A program made the translations under genes and the position numbers. From Candidatus Levyibacteriota bacterium (GTDB lineage: Bacteria > Patescibacteriota > Microgenomatia > Levybacterales > UBA12049): a stretch of DNA of 45,266 nt. Within the stretch, counting starts at the first letter, position 1; each line of letters begins with the position of its first letter. The notes under the pieces are model-generated. The model had not been told where the DNA came from. It saw only the letters and a list, made by a program, of their open reading frames with translations, and made no database searches. Of the stretch, positions 7,976 to 17,260 are shown one piece after another. Location of the stretch: positions 1-45,266 of the forward strand of contig JBDRBE010000001.1 in NCBI GenBank assembly GCA_043823085.1. The letters run 5' to 3'.

Positions 7976-9180
7976 CAATGAATAAAAATAAAATATTAGT
8001 TATTCTTCTTATCCTTGGAATTTATTTAATATCAACAGGAATTTCATATGCTCTTTTTTCTGGAACACTTAAAAGCAATCAAGTTGTCACCGTCCCGCCA
8101 ACAACTACAACTAACGGAAATACAGAAACCATTGTCTTTGATCAAACTCTACCCAAAACCGAAAGCTGTCCTTTAAATGGAGTTCTCTATTCAACACAAC
8201 AAAAAACATGGTGGGAAAAACATAGGCCCTTGGGAATCATGATTGAAAATCATGAGGATGCAAGACCCCAATCAGGACTTTCTTTTGCTGATGTTATTTA
8301 CGAAGCGGTTGCCGAAGGTTCGATTACGAGATTTTTAGCAGTTTACTATTGCCAGGATGCGGGAATTGTCGGCCCTGTCCGTTCCGCAAGAACCTATTTC
8401 TTAGACTGGATTTCGGAATACGGCAGCAATCCTCTTTATGCTCATGTAGGAGGCGCGAACTGCAATGAGAGCACTGGATCGGGCTGCGCCAATGGAGCAA
8501 AAGCGGATGCGCTGGGGCAAATAATAACCTATGGCTGGCAAGGCTATAATGACCTTAGTGAATTTGGTTTAGGTTTTCCCGATTTCTACAAGGATGTAAC
8601 GAGGCTTGGTCACGAAGCAGCAACAGAGCATACTGTATATTCAAAAACAACCAACCTTTGGAACGTAGGGGCAAAAAGAAATTTGACAAATGTTGATAAA
8701 GATGGAGATTCTTGGAATGAGAATTTTGTACCATACTCATTTAAAGAAGATGCCAAAGTTACGGATCGTCCAATAAGCCAAGCAATTCATCTCGAATTAT
8801 GGACAGGCTACAAACAGTATTTTATTGATTGGACATATGACAAAACAACTAATTTATACAAAAGAAACCATGGAGAAACTCCTCAAATAGACAGAAACAC
8901 GAATAAACAACTAAGCGCTAAAAATATTGTTGTGCTTTCTATGGTAGAGAGTAAGGCTAACGATGGTTATGATAATAATCTTCATTTGTTGTATAAAAAT
9001 AAAGGCAGCGGAAAAGCAAGCATTTTTATGGATGGAAAAGAAATCAAAGGCACTTGGAAGAAAGACAGCAGGACTTCAAGAACTCTTTTGTTTGATAATT
9101 CTGGCAAAGCGATCAAATTTAATCGAGGCCTTATTTGGTTTGAAATCCTGCCCACTACCGGAGTTATGACAGTAAAATAA
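7972..9180 (+). CDS. DUF3048 (YerB-like) extracytoplasmic protein
   Basis: IEN...ARPQSGL..AD.IYE...EG.ITRF, GPVRSAR and HVGG motifs. Confidence 0.88.
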   Translation: MTMNKNKILVILLILGIYLISTGISYALFSGTLKSNQVVTVPPTTTTNGNTETIVFDQTLPKTESCPLNGVLYSTQQKTWWEKHRPLGIMIENHEDARPQSGLSFADVIYEAVAEGSITRFLAVYYCQDAGIVGPVRSARTYFLDWISEYGSNPLYAHVGGANCNESTGSGCANGAKADALGQIITYGWQGYNDLSEFGLGFPDFYKDVTRLGHEAATEHTVYSKTTNLWNVGAKRNLTNVDKDGDSWNENFVPYSFKEDAKVTDRPISQAIHLELWTGYKQYFIDWTYDKTTNLYKRNHGETPQIDRNTNKQLSAKNIVVLSMVESKANDGYDNNLHLLYKNKGSGKASIFMDGKEIKGTWKKDSRTSRTLLFDNSGKAIKFNRGLIWFEILPTTGVMTVK

Positions 9181-9204
9181 AATTTAATTTAAGGAGCAGG
9201 GTTT

Positions 9205-9780
9205 ATGTTAACAGATTTAATTACATCTAAATCAAGGGTCAAGCTTTTAGGCGTATTGTTATTAAATCCATCGGAAATGTATCACGTCAGAGAGCTTGTT
9301 AGGCGAACCGGCGATGAAATTAATGCAGTCAGACGCGAACTTGGATTTTTGGAGAGTAAAGGCATTTTAGTAAAAGAACCAAGAGCCAACAGAGTTTATT
9401 ATTCACTTTCCAAAAGTTATCCTTTTTATTTTGATCTTATTCAATTTGCTTCAAAGAGTATTGGTCTTGGCGCTGATATCTTAAAAAACAGAGCAAAACT
9501 TGGAAAAATAAAATTTGCCATGTTTTCGGGAAAGTTTGCAAGAAGAATTAAAAAAAACGCAGAAAGTGTTGATCTTTTAATTATCGGGACAGTCGTTCTT
9601 CCCGAACTTGCGCTTTTAATTAAAAACGAAGAAAGAAGACTGGGAACAGAAATTAATTATACGGCAATGACAGAAGAAGAATTTGAATTCAGAAAAAAAA
9701 GGAATGACCCGTTTATTTTATCTATCCTTTCTGGCTCAAGAATCATGCTTATTGGCGACGAAGAAACTATGCTTTCCTAA
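9205..9780 (+). CDS. Winged-helix protein with C-terminal nucleotidyltransferase-like region
   Basis: HVRELVRRTGDEINAVRREL helix-turn-helix; VDLLIIG. Confidence 0.65.
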   Translation: MLTDLITSKSRVKLLGVLLLNPSEMYHVRELVRRTGDEINAVRRELGFLESKGILVKEPRANRVYYSLSKSYPFYFDLIQFASKSIGLGADILKNRAKLGKIKFAMFSGKFARRIKKNAESVDLLIIGTVVLPELALLIKNEERRLGTEINYTAMTEEEFEFRKKRNDPFILSILSGSRIMLIGDEETMLS

Positions 9781-9786
9781 ATCCTC

Positions 9787-11109
9787 ATGAAAAAACCGAG
9801 ATTTCTTTTTTGGATTATTATCGCTTTAGCCGTTTTTTCGGTTTTGATTAATATCCCTGGAGATACTAATTTAAATATCGGACCGCTTAAAATCACTCCT
9901 CCGTTTCGTTTCCAAAAAACTCTTGATTTTAGAAAAGGCCTTGATTTGGAAGGAGGCGTCACGGTTACGCTAAAAGCCGATATGAAAAATCTCTCACTTT
10001 CGCAGAAAAACGCAGCTTTGGAATCGGCAAAAAATGTTATCGAGAGAAGAATTAACCTTTTTGGAGTTTCTGAACCTGTTATTCAAACCTCAACTGTGAA
10101 TGGTGAATCGCGAATTATTGTTGAACTTCCGGGCGTAACCGATGTAAATGAAGCAATAAAACTAATTGGAACTACGGCGCAATTGACGTTTTGGGAAGAA
10201 GGTGCATCCGAATCTGCAAAACTGGCCACATCCTCTGCTTTGCCTCTTGGAATTACCAACCTTTTTTCAAATCCCAAAGAAACAAATCTTTCCGGAAGCG
10301 ATCTGCAAGAAACCAACGTCACCTTCGATCAAAACACCGGGAAACCCCAAGTCCAACTAGTATTCACTTCTGATGGAGGTAAAAAATTTGCTGAAACTAC
10401 CAAAAGAAATGTCGGAAAACCAGTAGCCATTGCTCTTGATAACCAAATTATTGAAGCTCCAAGAGTCAACGAACCAATAATAAACGGCAACGCCGTAATT
10501 ACAGGAAGCTTTACTACTCAAACTGCTAAAAATCTTTCTATTCAATTAAACGCCGGTGCGCTACCTATTCCTCTTTCGATTCTTGAACAACATACGATTG
10601 GCGCAACTCTTGGCGAGTCATCATTGCAAAAATCGCTTTTTGCAGGCTTTTTGGGATTTATTATTATAATCTTATTTATGATAGTTTTATACGGACGGCT
10701 TGGCGTTTTGGCAAGTCTTGCTCTTTTTCTTTATGCCCTTTTTGTTTTGGCCATTTTTAAAATAAGCACCCTGACTCCTTACGGAATTACTTTAACCTTG
10801 GCCGGAATTGCCGGATTTATTTTATCTATCGGTATGGCCGTTGACGCAAATATTTTAATTTTTGAAAGAATGAAAGAAGAAATACGTCTTGGAAAAAGAC
10901 AAGAAGTTGCTACTGAGCTTGGTTTTTCCCGAGCCTGGAGCTCAATTCGGGATTCAAACGCTTCAACGCTGATTACATGCTTTATTCTCTATCAATTTGG
11001 GACAGGTTCTGTCAGAGGATTTGCGCTGGTTCTGGCAATTGGAGTTTTAGTTTCGATGTTCTCGGCGATTATAATTACAAGAACTTTTCTTAGATTAGTT
11101 TATCATTAA
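9787..11109 (+). CDS. secD: Protein translocase subunit SecD
   Basis: GLDLEGG, IIVELPG, GALP, IGMAVDANILIFER and VRGFA motifs. Confidence 0.96.
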   Translation: MKKPRFLFWIIIALAVFSVLINIPGDTNLNIGPLKITPPFRFQKTLDFRKGLDLEGGVTVTLKADMKNLSLSQKNAALESAKNVIERRINLFGVSEPVIQTSTVNGESRIIVELPGVTDVNEAIKLIGTTAQLTFWEEGASESAKLATSSALPLGITNLFSNPKETNLSGSDLQETNVTFDQNTGKPQVQLVFTSDGGKKFAETTKRNVGKPVAIALDNQIIEAPRVNEPIINGNAVITGSFTTQTAKNLSIQLNAGALPIPLSILEQHTIGATLGESSLQKSLFAGFLGFIIIILFMIVLYGRLGVLASLALFLYALFVLAIFKISTLTPYGITLTLAGIAGFILSIGMAVDANILIFERMKEEIRLGKRQEVATELGFSRAWSSIRDSNASTLITCFILYQFGTGSVRGFALVLAIGVLVSMFSAIIITRTFLRLVYH

Positions 11110-11214
11110 TGTCATGCCGAACCAGTCCAGTGTTATCCTGAACTTGTTTCACCGAGTCTGACTCGGTTTCAGGATCTCGGATGAAACGAGATTCTGACAT
11201 TCGTCAGAATGACA
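11110..11214. repeat. TGTCAT...ATGACA palindromic element, compound copy between secD and secF
   Basis: ATCCTGAACTTGTTTC...TTCAGGAT and ATTCTGAC-ATTC-GTCAGAAT hairpins, with nested ACCGAGTC-T-GACTCGGT. Confidence 0.8.
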
Positions 11215-11225
11215 AGGAGAAAATT

Positions 11226-12131
11226 ATGAACATTATTGAAAAAAAATATTTTTATTTTACGATTTCTTTACTCGTAATTATTCCCGGAGTGATATCCTTA
11301 TTTCTTTGGAGATTAAACCCTTCTATTGATTTTGTCGGCGGTTCAAGACTAACCTTATCTTTTCCAAAACAAGTAAATAATGAAAATATAAAAATCATAA
11401 AAGAAGTTCTTTTGGCGCAAAAAGTGGAACTTGTGTCAATTCAAATGTCTGGCAAACAAGTATTTATTCGAACTCCTGTCATTGACCAAAAAAAAGACAC
11501 CGAGATTATTAATCAATTAGAGAAAAAAAATTCTTCTGTTAAACAAGATGAATTTGAAACAATCGGTCCAACCATCGGGAGTGAAACGACGATAAACGCT
11601 ATAAAAGCTGTTATACTTGCCTGTGTTTTTATTATCCTTTATATTGCTTGGGCATTTCGTAAAGTACCTAAACCGGCAAGTTCGTTTCGCTTTGGAATTT
11701 GTGCTATTATTGCTCTCATTCATGATGTTTTGATTGTTGTTGGAATTTTTTCAATTCTAGGACATTTTTTCAAAGTTGAAGTTGACAGTCTCTTTGTTAC
11801 AGCCCTTTTAACTATTCTTGGATTTTCTGTTCATGACACAATTGTAGTTTTTGATAGAATCAGAGAAAATCTCCGCAGAATGACCGGAAGTCCATTTCCT
11901 GATATTGTTAATGACTCAATCCTTCAAACTTTTGCGCGCTCTTTAAACACTTCGCTGACCGTACTTTTGGTTTTATTTACTCTCCTCTTGTTTGGCGGAG
12001 AAAGTATTAGATGGTTTATCGTCGCGCTTCTAGTTGGAATTGCAAGCGGAACATATTCCTCCATCTTCAACGCTGCCCCGCTACTTGTGGTATGGCACGA
12101 AAAATCCGCCAAAGGCGGATCACGTGCCTAG
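11226..12131 (+). CDS. secF: Protein translocase subunit SecF
   Basis: IDFVGG, IGPTIG, HDV, GFSVHDTIVVFDRIRE and GTYSSIF motifs. Confidence 0.96.
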   Translation: MNIIEKKYFYFTISLLVIIPGVISLFLWRLNPSIDFVGGSRLTLSFPKQVNNENIKIIKEVLLAQKVELVSIQMSGKQVFIRTPVIDQKKDTEIINQLEKKNSSVKQDEFETIGPTIGSETTINAIKAVILACVFIILYIAWAFRKVPKPASSFRFGICAIIALIHDVLIVVGIFSILGHFFKVEVDSLFVTALLTILGFSVHDTIVVFDRIRENLRRMTGSPFPDIVNDSILQTFARSLNTSLTVLLVLFTLLLFGGESIRWFIVALLVGIASGTYSSIFNAAPLLVVWHEKSAKGGSRA

Positions 12132-12162
12132 AACGTGGTCAGCAAAGCTGACTTTACGTTCT
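12130..12162. terminator. Hairpin between convergent secF and yqeY
   Basis: AGAACGT-GGTCAGC-AAA-GCTGACT-TT-ACGTTCT; no clear U-tract. Confidence 0.4.
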
Positions 12163-12201
12163 GGGAAGAATGGAGTAAATCTAGAATTAGAAATTAGAAA
12201 T

Positions 12202-12708
12202 TTAAGACACTAACTCTTCTCTAACAATTTTACTGACTAAATTCCCGTCTGCTTTACCTTTAACTTTTGGCATCAAAGCGCCCATCACTTTTCCTATTTC
12301 TGCGACTGATGTTGCACCAGTTTGAGAGATTGCTTGTTGAACTAATTTCTTAATTTCTTCTCCATCCATTTGCTCGGGTAAATATTTTTGTAACATTTCC
12401 AATTCTTTTTCTTCCTTTTGGGCTAATTCTTTTCTTCCCGCATTACTGAATTGTTCAATGGAATCTTTTCTTTGTTTGGCTTCTTTTTGAATCACAGCAA
12501 CGACATCTTCATCCGAAGCCTGATATCCTGCTCCTCCACGCCTGTCCGCTTCGCTTGCAGGCGAACTCGCTCTTTGCCAGAGCTCTGTTCCTTTTTGAAT
12601 TTCGTAGTAATTGATGGCAGATAATAAAAGTCTAAGCACCGAGGTTTTTAACTCATCTTTTGCAAGCATTGACTGCTTCAATTCATTTTGAAGGTCTTTT
12701 TTTAACAT
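12202..12708 (-). CDS. GatB/YqeY domain protein with an internal insertion
   Basis: KQRKDSIEQF..AGR.ELA..E..E...YLP.Q and GKVMG...KVKGKADG. Confidence 0.9.
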   Translation of the reverse strand: MLKKDLQNELKQSMLAKDELKTSVLRLLLSAINYYEIQKGTELWQRASSPASEADRRGGAGYQASDEDVVAVIQKEAKQRKDSIEQFSNAGRKELAQKEEKELEMLQKYLPEQMDGEEIKKLVQQAISQTGATSVAEIGKVMGALMPKVKGKADGNLVSKIVREELVS

Positions 12709-12717
12709 TTTTCTCCA

Positions 12718-12782
12718 TGTCATTCTGAACTTGTTTCAGAATCCAGATTAAACTGAGATCCCGAAATAAATTCGGGATGACA
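12718..12782. repeat. 65-nt TGTCAT...ATGACA palindromic element downstream of metK
   Basis: TGTCATTCTGAACTTGTTTCAGAATC...GATCCCGAAATAAATTCGGGATGACA. Confidence 0.88.
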
Positions 12783-12784
12783 GA

Positions 12785-13933
12785 CTATTTTAGATATTTC
12801 TTAAGATCTGTAATCTTATCCGTCTTTTCCCAAGGGAATTCTTCGCGACCGAAATGTCCATAGCATGCGGTTTGGCGATAAATGGGGCGTTTTAAATCAA
12901 GAGTTTTAATAATCCCATATGGCGTCATATCAAAAACCGCACGAGTTGCTTTTTCAATTTTTTCCTCGCTGACTTTTCCTGTTCCAAAAGTTGCGACATG
13001 AACAGAAACAGGTTCCGGATAACCAATCGCGTATGCCAATTGTACTTCACATTTATCCGCCAAACCTGAAGCCACTACGTTTTTTGCGATATAACGGGCC
13101 ATATATGCACCGCTTCTATCTTGTTTATTCGGTACTTTTCCGCTAAATGCCCCTCCACCATGTCTTGCCATTCCGCCGTATGTATCTACAATTATTTTTC
13201 TGCCTGTTACTCCAGTATCACCTTGAGGTCCTCCGATAACAAATTTTCCGGTTTCATTAACATAAATCTTTGCCTTATCGTTTAATAATTTACCGCAAAT
13301 TGGCTTAATTACATATTTAATAATATCCGCGCGGATTCTTTTATAAGAAATTCCGTCATCGTGTTGGGCGGCAATCACAACGGTTTCAATTCCAATTGGG
13401 TTATCATTCTCATATTCCACTGTCACCTGGCTTTTTCCATCGGGACGAAGATAGGGAATTGTTTTGTTTTTTCTTACTTCCGAAAGACGGCGCGCCATTT
13501 TGTGAGCAAGCATAATTGGAAGCGGCATAAGTTCGGGAGTTTCACGGCAGGCATAACCCACCATCATCCCTTGGTCCCCGGCTCCTTGCGCTTTATGCAA
13601 AGCTTTTTTGGGATTTTCTCCTTGAGCGATATCACCGCTTTGTTCATGAATAACATTAACGACTGCACAACTTTTATAATCAATGCCATAATCGGCATTT
13701 GTATATCCGATATCCTTTAAAACATTACGGATTATTTTTTGAACATCAACATAAGTTTTTGTGGTAATTTCCCCTCCAACAACTACAAGTCCGGTTGTAG
13801 TAAACACCTCGCAACAGCAGGCGCTATCGGGATCGTCTTTTAAAACTGCATCAAGTACGGCATCCGCGACTTGATCGCAAATTTTATCGGGATGGCCTTC
13901 GGTGACAGATTCTGAAGTAAAAAACTTTCTCAT
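12785..13933 (-). CDS. metK: S-adenosylmethionine synthetase
   Basis: [37 protein letters not shown] and GGGAFSGK motifs. Confidence 0.98.
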   Translation of the reverse strand: MRKFFTSESVTEGHPDKICDQVADAVLDAVLKDDPDSACCCEVFTTTGLVVVGGEITTKTYVDVQKIIRNVLKDIGYTNADYGIDYKSCAVVNVIHEQSGDIAQGENPKKALHKAQGAGDQGMMVGYACRETPELMPLPIMLAHKMARRLSEVRKNKTIPYLRPDGKSQVTVEYENDNPIGIETVVIAAQHDDGISYKRIRADIIKYVIKPICGKLLNDKAKIYVNETGKFVIGGPQGDTGVTGRKIIVDTYGGMARHGGGAFSGKVPNKQDRSGAYMARYIAKNVVASGLADKCEVQLAYAIGYPEPVSVHVATFGTGKVSEEKIEKATRAVFDMTPYGIIKTLDLKRPIYRQTACYGHFGREEFPWEKTDKITDLKKYLK

Positions 13934-13942
13934 AATTCTTTT

Positions 13943-14007
13943 TGTCATGCTGAATTTATTTCAGCATCTCGAGCGAAGCGAGATTCTGAACCAAGTTCGG
14001 AATGACA
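13943..14007. repeat. 65-nt TGTCAT...ATGACA palindromic element upstream of metK
   Basis: TGTCATGCTGAATTTATTTCAGCATC...GATTCTGAACCAAGTTCGGAATGACA. Confidence 0.88.
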
Positions 14008-14015
14008 TTAACCAC

Positions 14016-14801
14016 CTATATCAATCTCCCAAGTCCCAATTTCCTGCTCTTATTAAACATAAATACAAAAAACCATATTGCCATTGTTAAATATAATATG
14101 TTTAACGCAAAACTTATAAAGAGTTTATCATAAGAAGTGTTTCCCGTAAAGAGTATTTCTCTCATCCCTTCAAAAACATAGCTTGACGGCACAAATTTGG
14201 CTATACTTTGGGCACAGGATGGAAGGGTTGCAACTGGATAAAAAACTGCGGAAAAAGGCATTAGAACTGATACTCCCACCCACGCAAGAGTCTGAATCTT
14301 TGCACCAAAACGGATAATAAAACCTGCGACGAAAAACCCTGCCGCCCAACCCGTAATCAAAAGACTGACAACAAATGGAAGGAGTATAAATCCAAAAGAA
14401 AAAAGATTCATCGCATAAAGAAAGAGGGCAAAAGCAATCATGAAAAGCAAAGAAAAAAACAACTTAATTGATCCAAGAATCATGGCTGATATTATCCACT
14501 CCCAAATCGTTAATGGAGAACCAAAAATATTGATGAGATTTTTATCCCAAACCTCCGAAAGTAAATTCACTGTTATTTCGTATTGAGACCGCCAGATTAT
14601 AAGCCAAAAAATTAATCCTGATAAAAGTGCGATAACAATAAATGGGATACTTGTTAAATGATTTCTAAGGTAAATACTCATTAATCCCCAAATGATAAGG
14701 TCCAATGCCGGCCAGTAGAATGTGTCAGACAGCCTATCAAGACTATGTCTCCAATTATAGAGTTGCCTAATAACCATTGCTTCGATTCTATGTATTTTCA
14801 T
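14016..14801 (-). CDS. ABC-2 type transporter permease
   Basis: About 6 TM segments, FSAVFYPV..LP; follows an ABC ATPase. Confidence 0.88.
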   Translation of the reverse strand: MKIHRIEAMVIRQLYNWRHSLDRLSDTFYWPALDLIIWGLMSIYLRNHLTSIPFIVIALLSGLIFWLIIWRSQYEITVNLLSEVWDKNLINIFGSPLTIWEWIISAMILGSIKLFFSLLFMIAFALFLYAMNLFSFGFILLPFVVSLLITGWAAGFFVAGFIIRFGAKIQTLAWVGVSVLMPFSAVFYPVATLPSCAQSIAKFVPSSYVFEGMREILFTGNTSYDKLFISFALNILYLTMAIWFFVFMFNKSRKLGLGRLI

Positions 14802-15732
14802 TTTTATTCACCATTTTGAGAAAAAAATCTTCAAGGTCGGGTTTTTTAATATTAATTTCTTCGTAATCAATTTTTTCTTTTACAAGCTCCATAAGAAAAG
14901 GAGATATTTGCTTTTCCGGAATTTTAACAGTGATATAAAACTTTTCTTTTTCAAAAGGAATGTTTCTTCTCTTAAAATAATCTATAGCATTATTTATGTT
15001 TTTAATCATTAGTTGAAGTTCGCAATCCTTGACGTCTTTTGCCATTTCGTAAGGAGTACCTTGCGCAATTAATTTTCCATTGTTTAAAAAAACAACACGA
15101 TCGCACATTTCTTCAACTTCGCTCATATTATGAGACGTTAAAAGCATACTGACATGAAATTCTTCTTTTTCTTTTTTTAAGAATTCTCTAATTTTTTGGG
15201 CAACATCAGGATCAAGGCTTGAAGTCGGTTCATCAAGTAAAATAATTTTTGGGTAGTTAAGAAAGGCTTTAACTAAAAATATTTTTGTTTTTTCTCCCGA
15301 AGATAAGTTATGAAATTCCTTGTTTTTAAGACTTTGCGCTTCAAAAGCATCTAGTAGTTTATTAATTCTTTTATTCTTCTCTGAAACGTTATAAAGGTAA
15401 GCAAAAACCATAAGGTTCTCCCAAACTGTCATATTCCATGCAAAACTAATATAAGTTGAAGAGAAATTTACATCCTGCAGAATTTCTTCACGATGTTTTT
15501 TAAAAGGTTTATTAAAATAATTAACCTCGCCTGCTGTTGGCTCCATCACTCCCAAAAGCATCTGAATCGTTGTTGTTTTTCCGGCTCCGTTTGGTCCTAA
15601 CAACCCTAAGATTTCCCCATCGGCTATTGAAAAAGAAAGATTATCAACAGCGGTAAACCCACCTCCTCCAGAGAAGGATTGAGAAAACTTTTTCGTCAAA
15701 TTTTTGACATCCAAAATATTATTATCATTCAT
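14788..15732 (-). CDS. ABC transporter ATP-binding protein
   Basis: GPNGAGKT, LSSGE, LLDEP and SH motifs; probable ATG 15732. Confidence 0.93.
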   Translation of the reverse strand: MNDNNILDVKNLTKKFSQSFSGGGGFTAVDNLSFSIADGEILGLLGPNGAGKTTTIQMLLGVMEPTAGEVNYFNKPFKKHREEILQDVNFSSTYISFAWNMTVWENLMVFAYLYNVSEKNKRINKLLDAFEAQSLKNKEFHNLSSGEKTKIFLVKAFLNYPKIILLDEPTSSLDPDVAQKIREFLKKEKEEFHVSMLLTSHNMSEVEEMCDRVVFLNNGKLIAQGTPYEMAKDVKDCELQLMIKNINNAIDYFKRRNIPFEKEKFYITVKIPEKQISPFLMELVKEKIDYEEINIKKPDLEDFFLKMVNKNENT

Positions 15733-15741
15733 AATCAAACC

Positions 15742-15771
15742 AAAGTATGCTGCTACATAGCAGCATACTTT
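15742..15771. repeat. Perfect 14-bp inverted repeat
   Basis: AAAGTATGCTGCTA-CA-TAGCAGCATACTTT. Confidence 0.85.
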
Positions 15772-15780
15772 ATACAAAAT

Positions 15781-17211
15781 TTAAGAAAGTTCTTTGATTT
15801 TTTTCAATAAATATTCGCGGTTGTTTTTGGAAAGATCCTCATCAACTTCTTGGAAAAGTTTTTCTAAAATTTCACCAATTTTTGGTCCGGGTTTTATATT
15901 TAATTCTTTCATAATATCATTCCCGTCAATTGCTAAATCATTAATGGAAAATGGTCCGGGGGCGAGTTGTTCCTCAACTCTTTTTTTAAAAAGTTTTAGT
16001 CTCCAGCTTTCGGCAGTTTGCGTTCCCCCGCCAAGTCTGTCGCCAATTCGCAAATCCATCATGTCTTTAACATTTTCTGCTCCTACTCGGCGAATAAATC
16101 TTCTCACCGCCGCATCGGTTATTTTTTCATCAACAGTAAACATATGCCAGCGGATTAAAATGTAAATTTTTTCTCTCTGTTTTTTGGATAATCTTAGCCG
16201 GTCGCAAATATCTCGAGCTGTTCTGGCGCTTAAAATTTCATGATTATAAAAAGTCACAAGTCCTTTTTCGTCAAAGCCTTTAGCATCGGCTTTCCCAACA
16301 TCATGCAGAAGCGCTGCCAATCTAATAATCGGATCTTTTGACGTGCAAAAACGAAGCGATAATAAATTATGAGTAAAAACATCATCTTTATGATGTCTGC
16401 CGGGCCTCTCTTGCGAAACACCTTTTCCTTTATAAAGCTCCGGAATTATTAATTTAAGCATTCCGGTATTATCCAAAAGTTTAATTCCCTCATAAAAATA
16501 ATCACTTGCCAAAATCTTTAAGAGTTCATCTCTTACTCTTTCGCTTGAAACATGCGCGATAAGTTTTGCGTCTTTTAAGATTGACTCTAATGTTTTTTCT
16601 TCTATGTCAAATCCAAGTTGCGATGCAAGCCTAATTGCCCGCATTAACCTTAGAGCATCTTCTTTAAATCTCTCATCTGGATTGCCAACACATCGAATTA
16701 TTTTATTTTTTAAATCATCCTGACCTTTGAACGGGTCAATAATTTCAAAATCAGAAAGTTTACCTCTTCGAGCCTGAGCGATGGCCTCAGAGCCGAAGGC
16801 CTGAGCGAACGAAGCGAGTCGAAGAGCGATAGCATTGACTGTAAAATCGCGGCGCGACAAATCTTCCTCTAAAGACTTTCCCCAAACTACAGTTTCTGGA
16901 TGCCGTTTATCTTTATGGCCAATTTCGCGTCTATAAGTTGTAATTTCAACATAATTCTTTTTTTCCAAATCAGTTTGGTTCTTGGTGTTTTCAAAAGGAA
17001 CGCCGACAGTCCCAAAATTATTATCGTAGAAGGAATCTTTAAAGACTTCCTGAATTTGTTGAGGCGTTGCATTGGTCGTTAAATCCCAGTCTTCGATATT
17101 TTTTTCCATTAACAGATTCCTAACGCACCCACCCACAAAATAAACTTCAAAACCCGCATTTTCTAATTGTTTATAAATATTTAAAACTTTTTCCGGAATG
17201 TTTTTAGTCAT
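15781..17211 (-). CDS. cca: CCA tRNA nucleotidyltransferase with HD domain
   Basis: VGGCVR..L...DWDLTT, RRDFTVNA, EDALRLMRA and LLHDVGK motifs. Confidence 0.92.
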   Translation of the reverse strand: MTKNIPEKVLNIYKQLENAGFEVYFVGGCVRNLLMEKNIEDWDLTTNATPQQIQEVFKDSFYDNNFGTVGVPFENTKNQTDLEKKNYVEITTYRREIGHKDKRHPETVVWGKSLEEDLSRRDFTVNAIALRLASFAQAFGSEAIAQARRGKLSDFEIIDPFKGQDDLKNKIIRCVGNPDERFKEDALRLMRAIRLASQLGFDIEEKTLESILKDAKLIAHVSSERVRDELLKILASDYFYEGIKLLDNTGMLKLIIPELYKGKGVSQERPGRHHKDDVFTHNLLSLRFCTSKDPIIRLAALLHDVGKADAKGFDEKGLVTFYNHEILSARTARDICDRLRLSKKQREKIYILIRWHMFTVDEKITDAAVRRFIRRVGAENVKDMMDLRIGDRLGGGTQTAESWRLKLFKKRVEEQLAPGPFSINDLAIDGNDIMKELNIKPGPKIGEILEKLFQEVDEDLSKNNREYLLKKIKELS

Positions 17212-17260
17212 ATTGCTCCATTATATCTTGTCTGTTATAGTATATCAGATACAAAGCACT

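Noticed and set aside
11181-11225. Extended secF N-terminus (similarly the longer starts for yqeY, metK, recJ and gltX)
   Set aside because: Extensions are read through palindromic elements or intergenic DNA; downstream ATGs match the family starts
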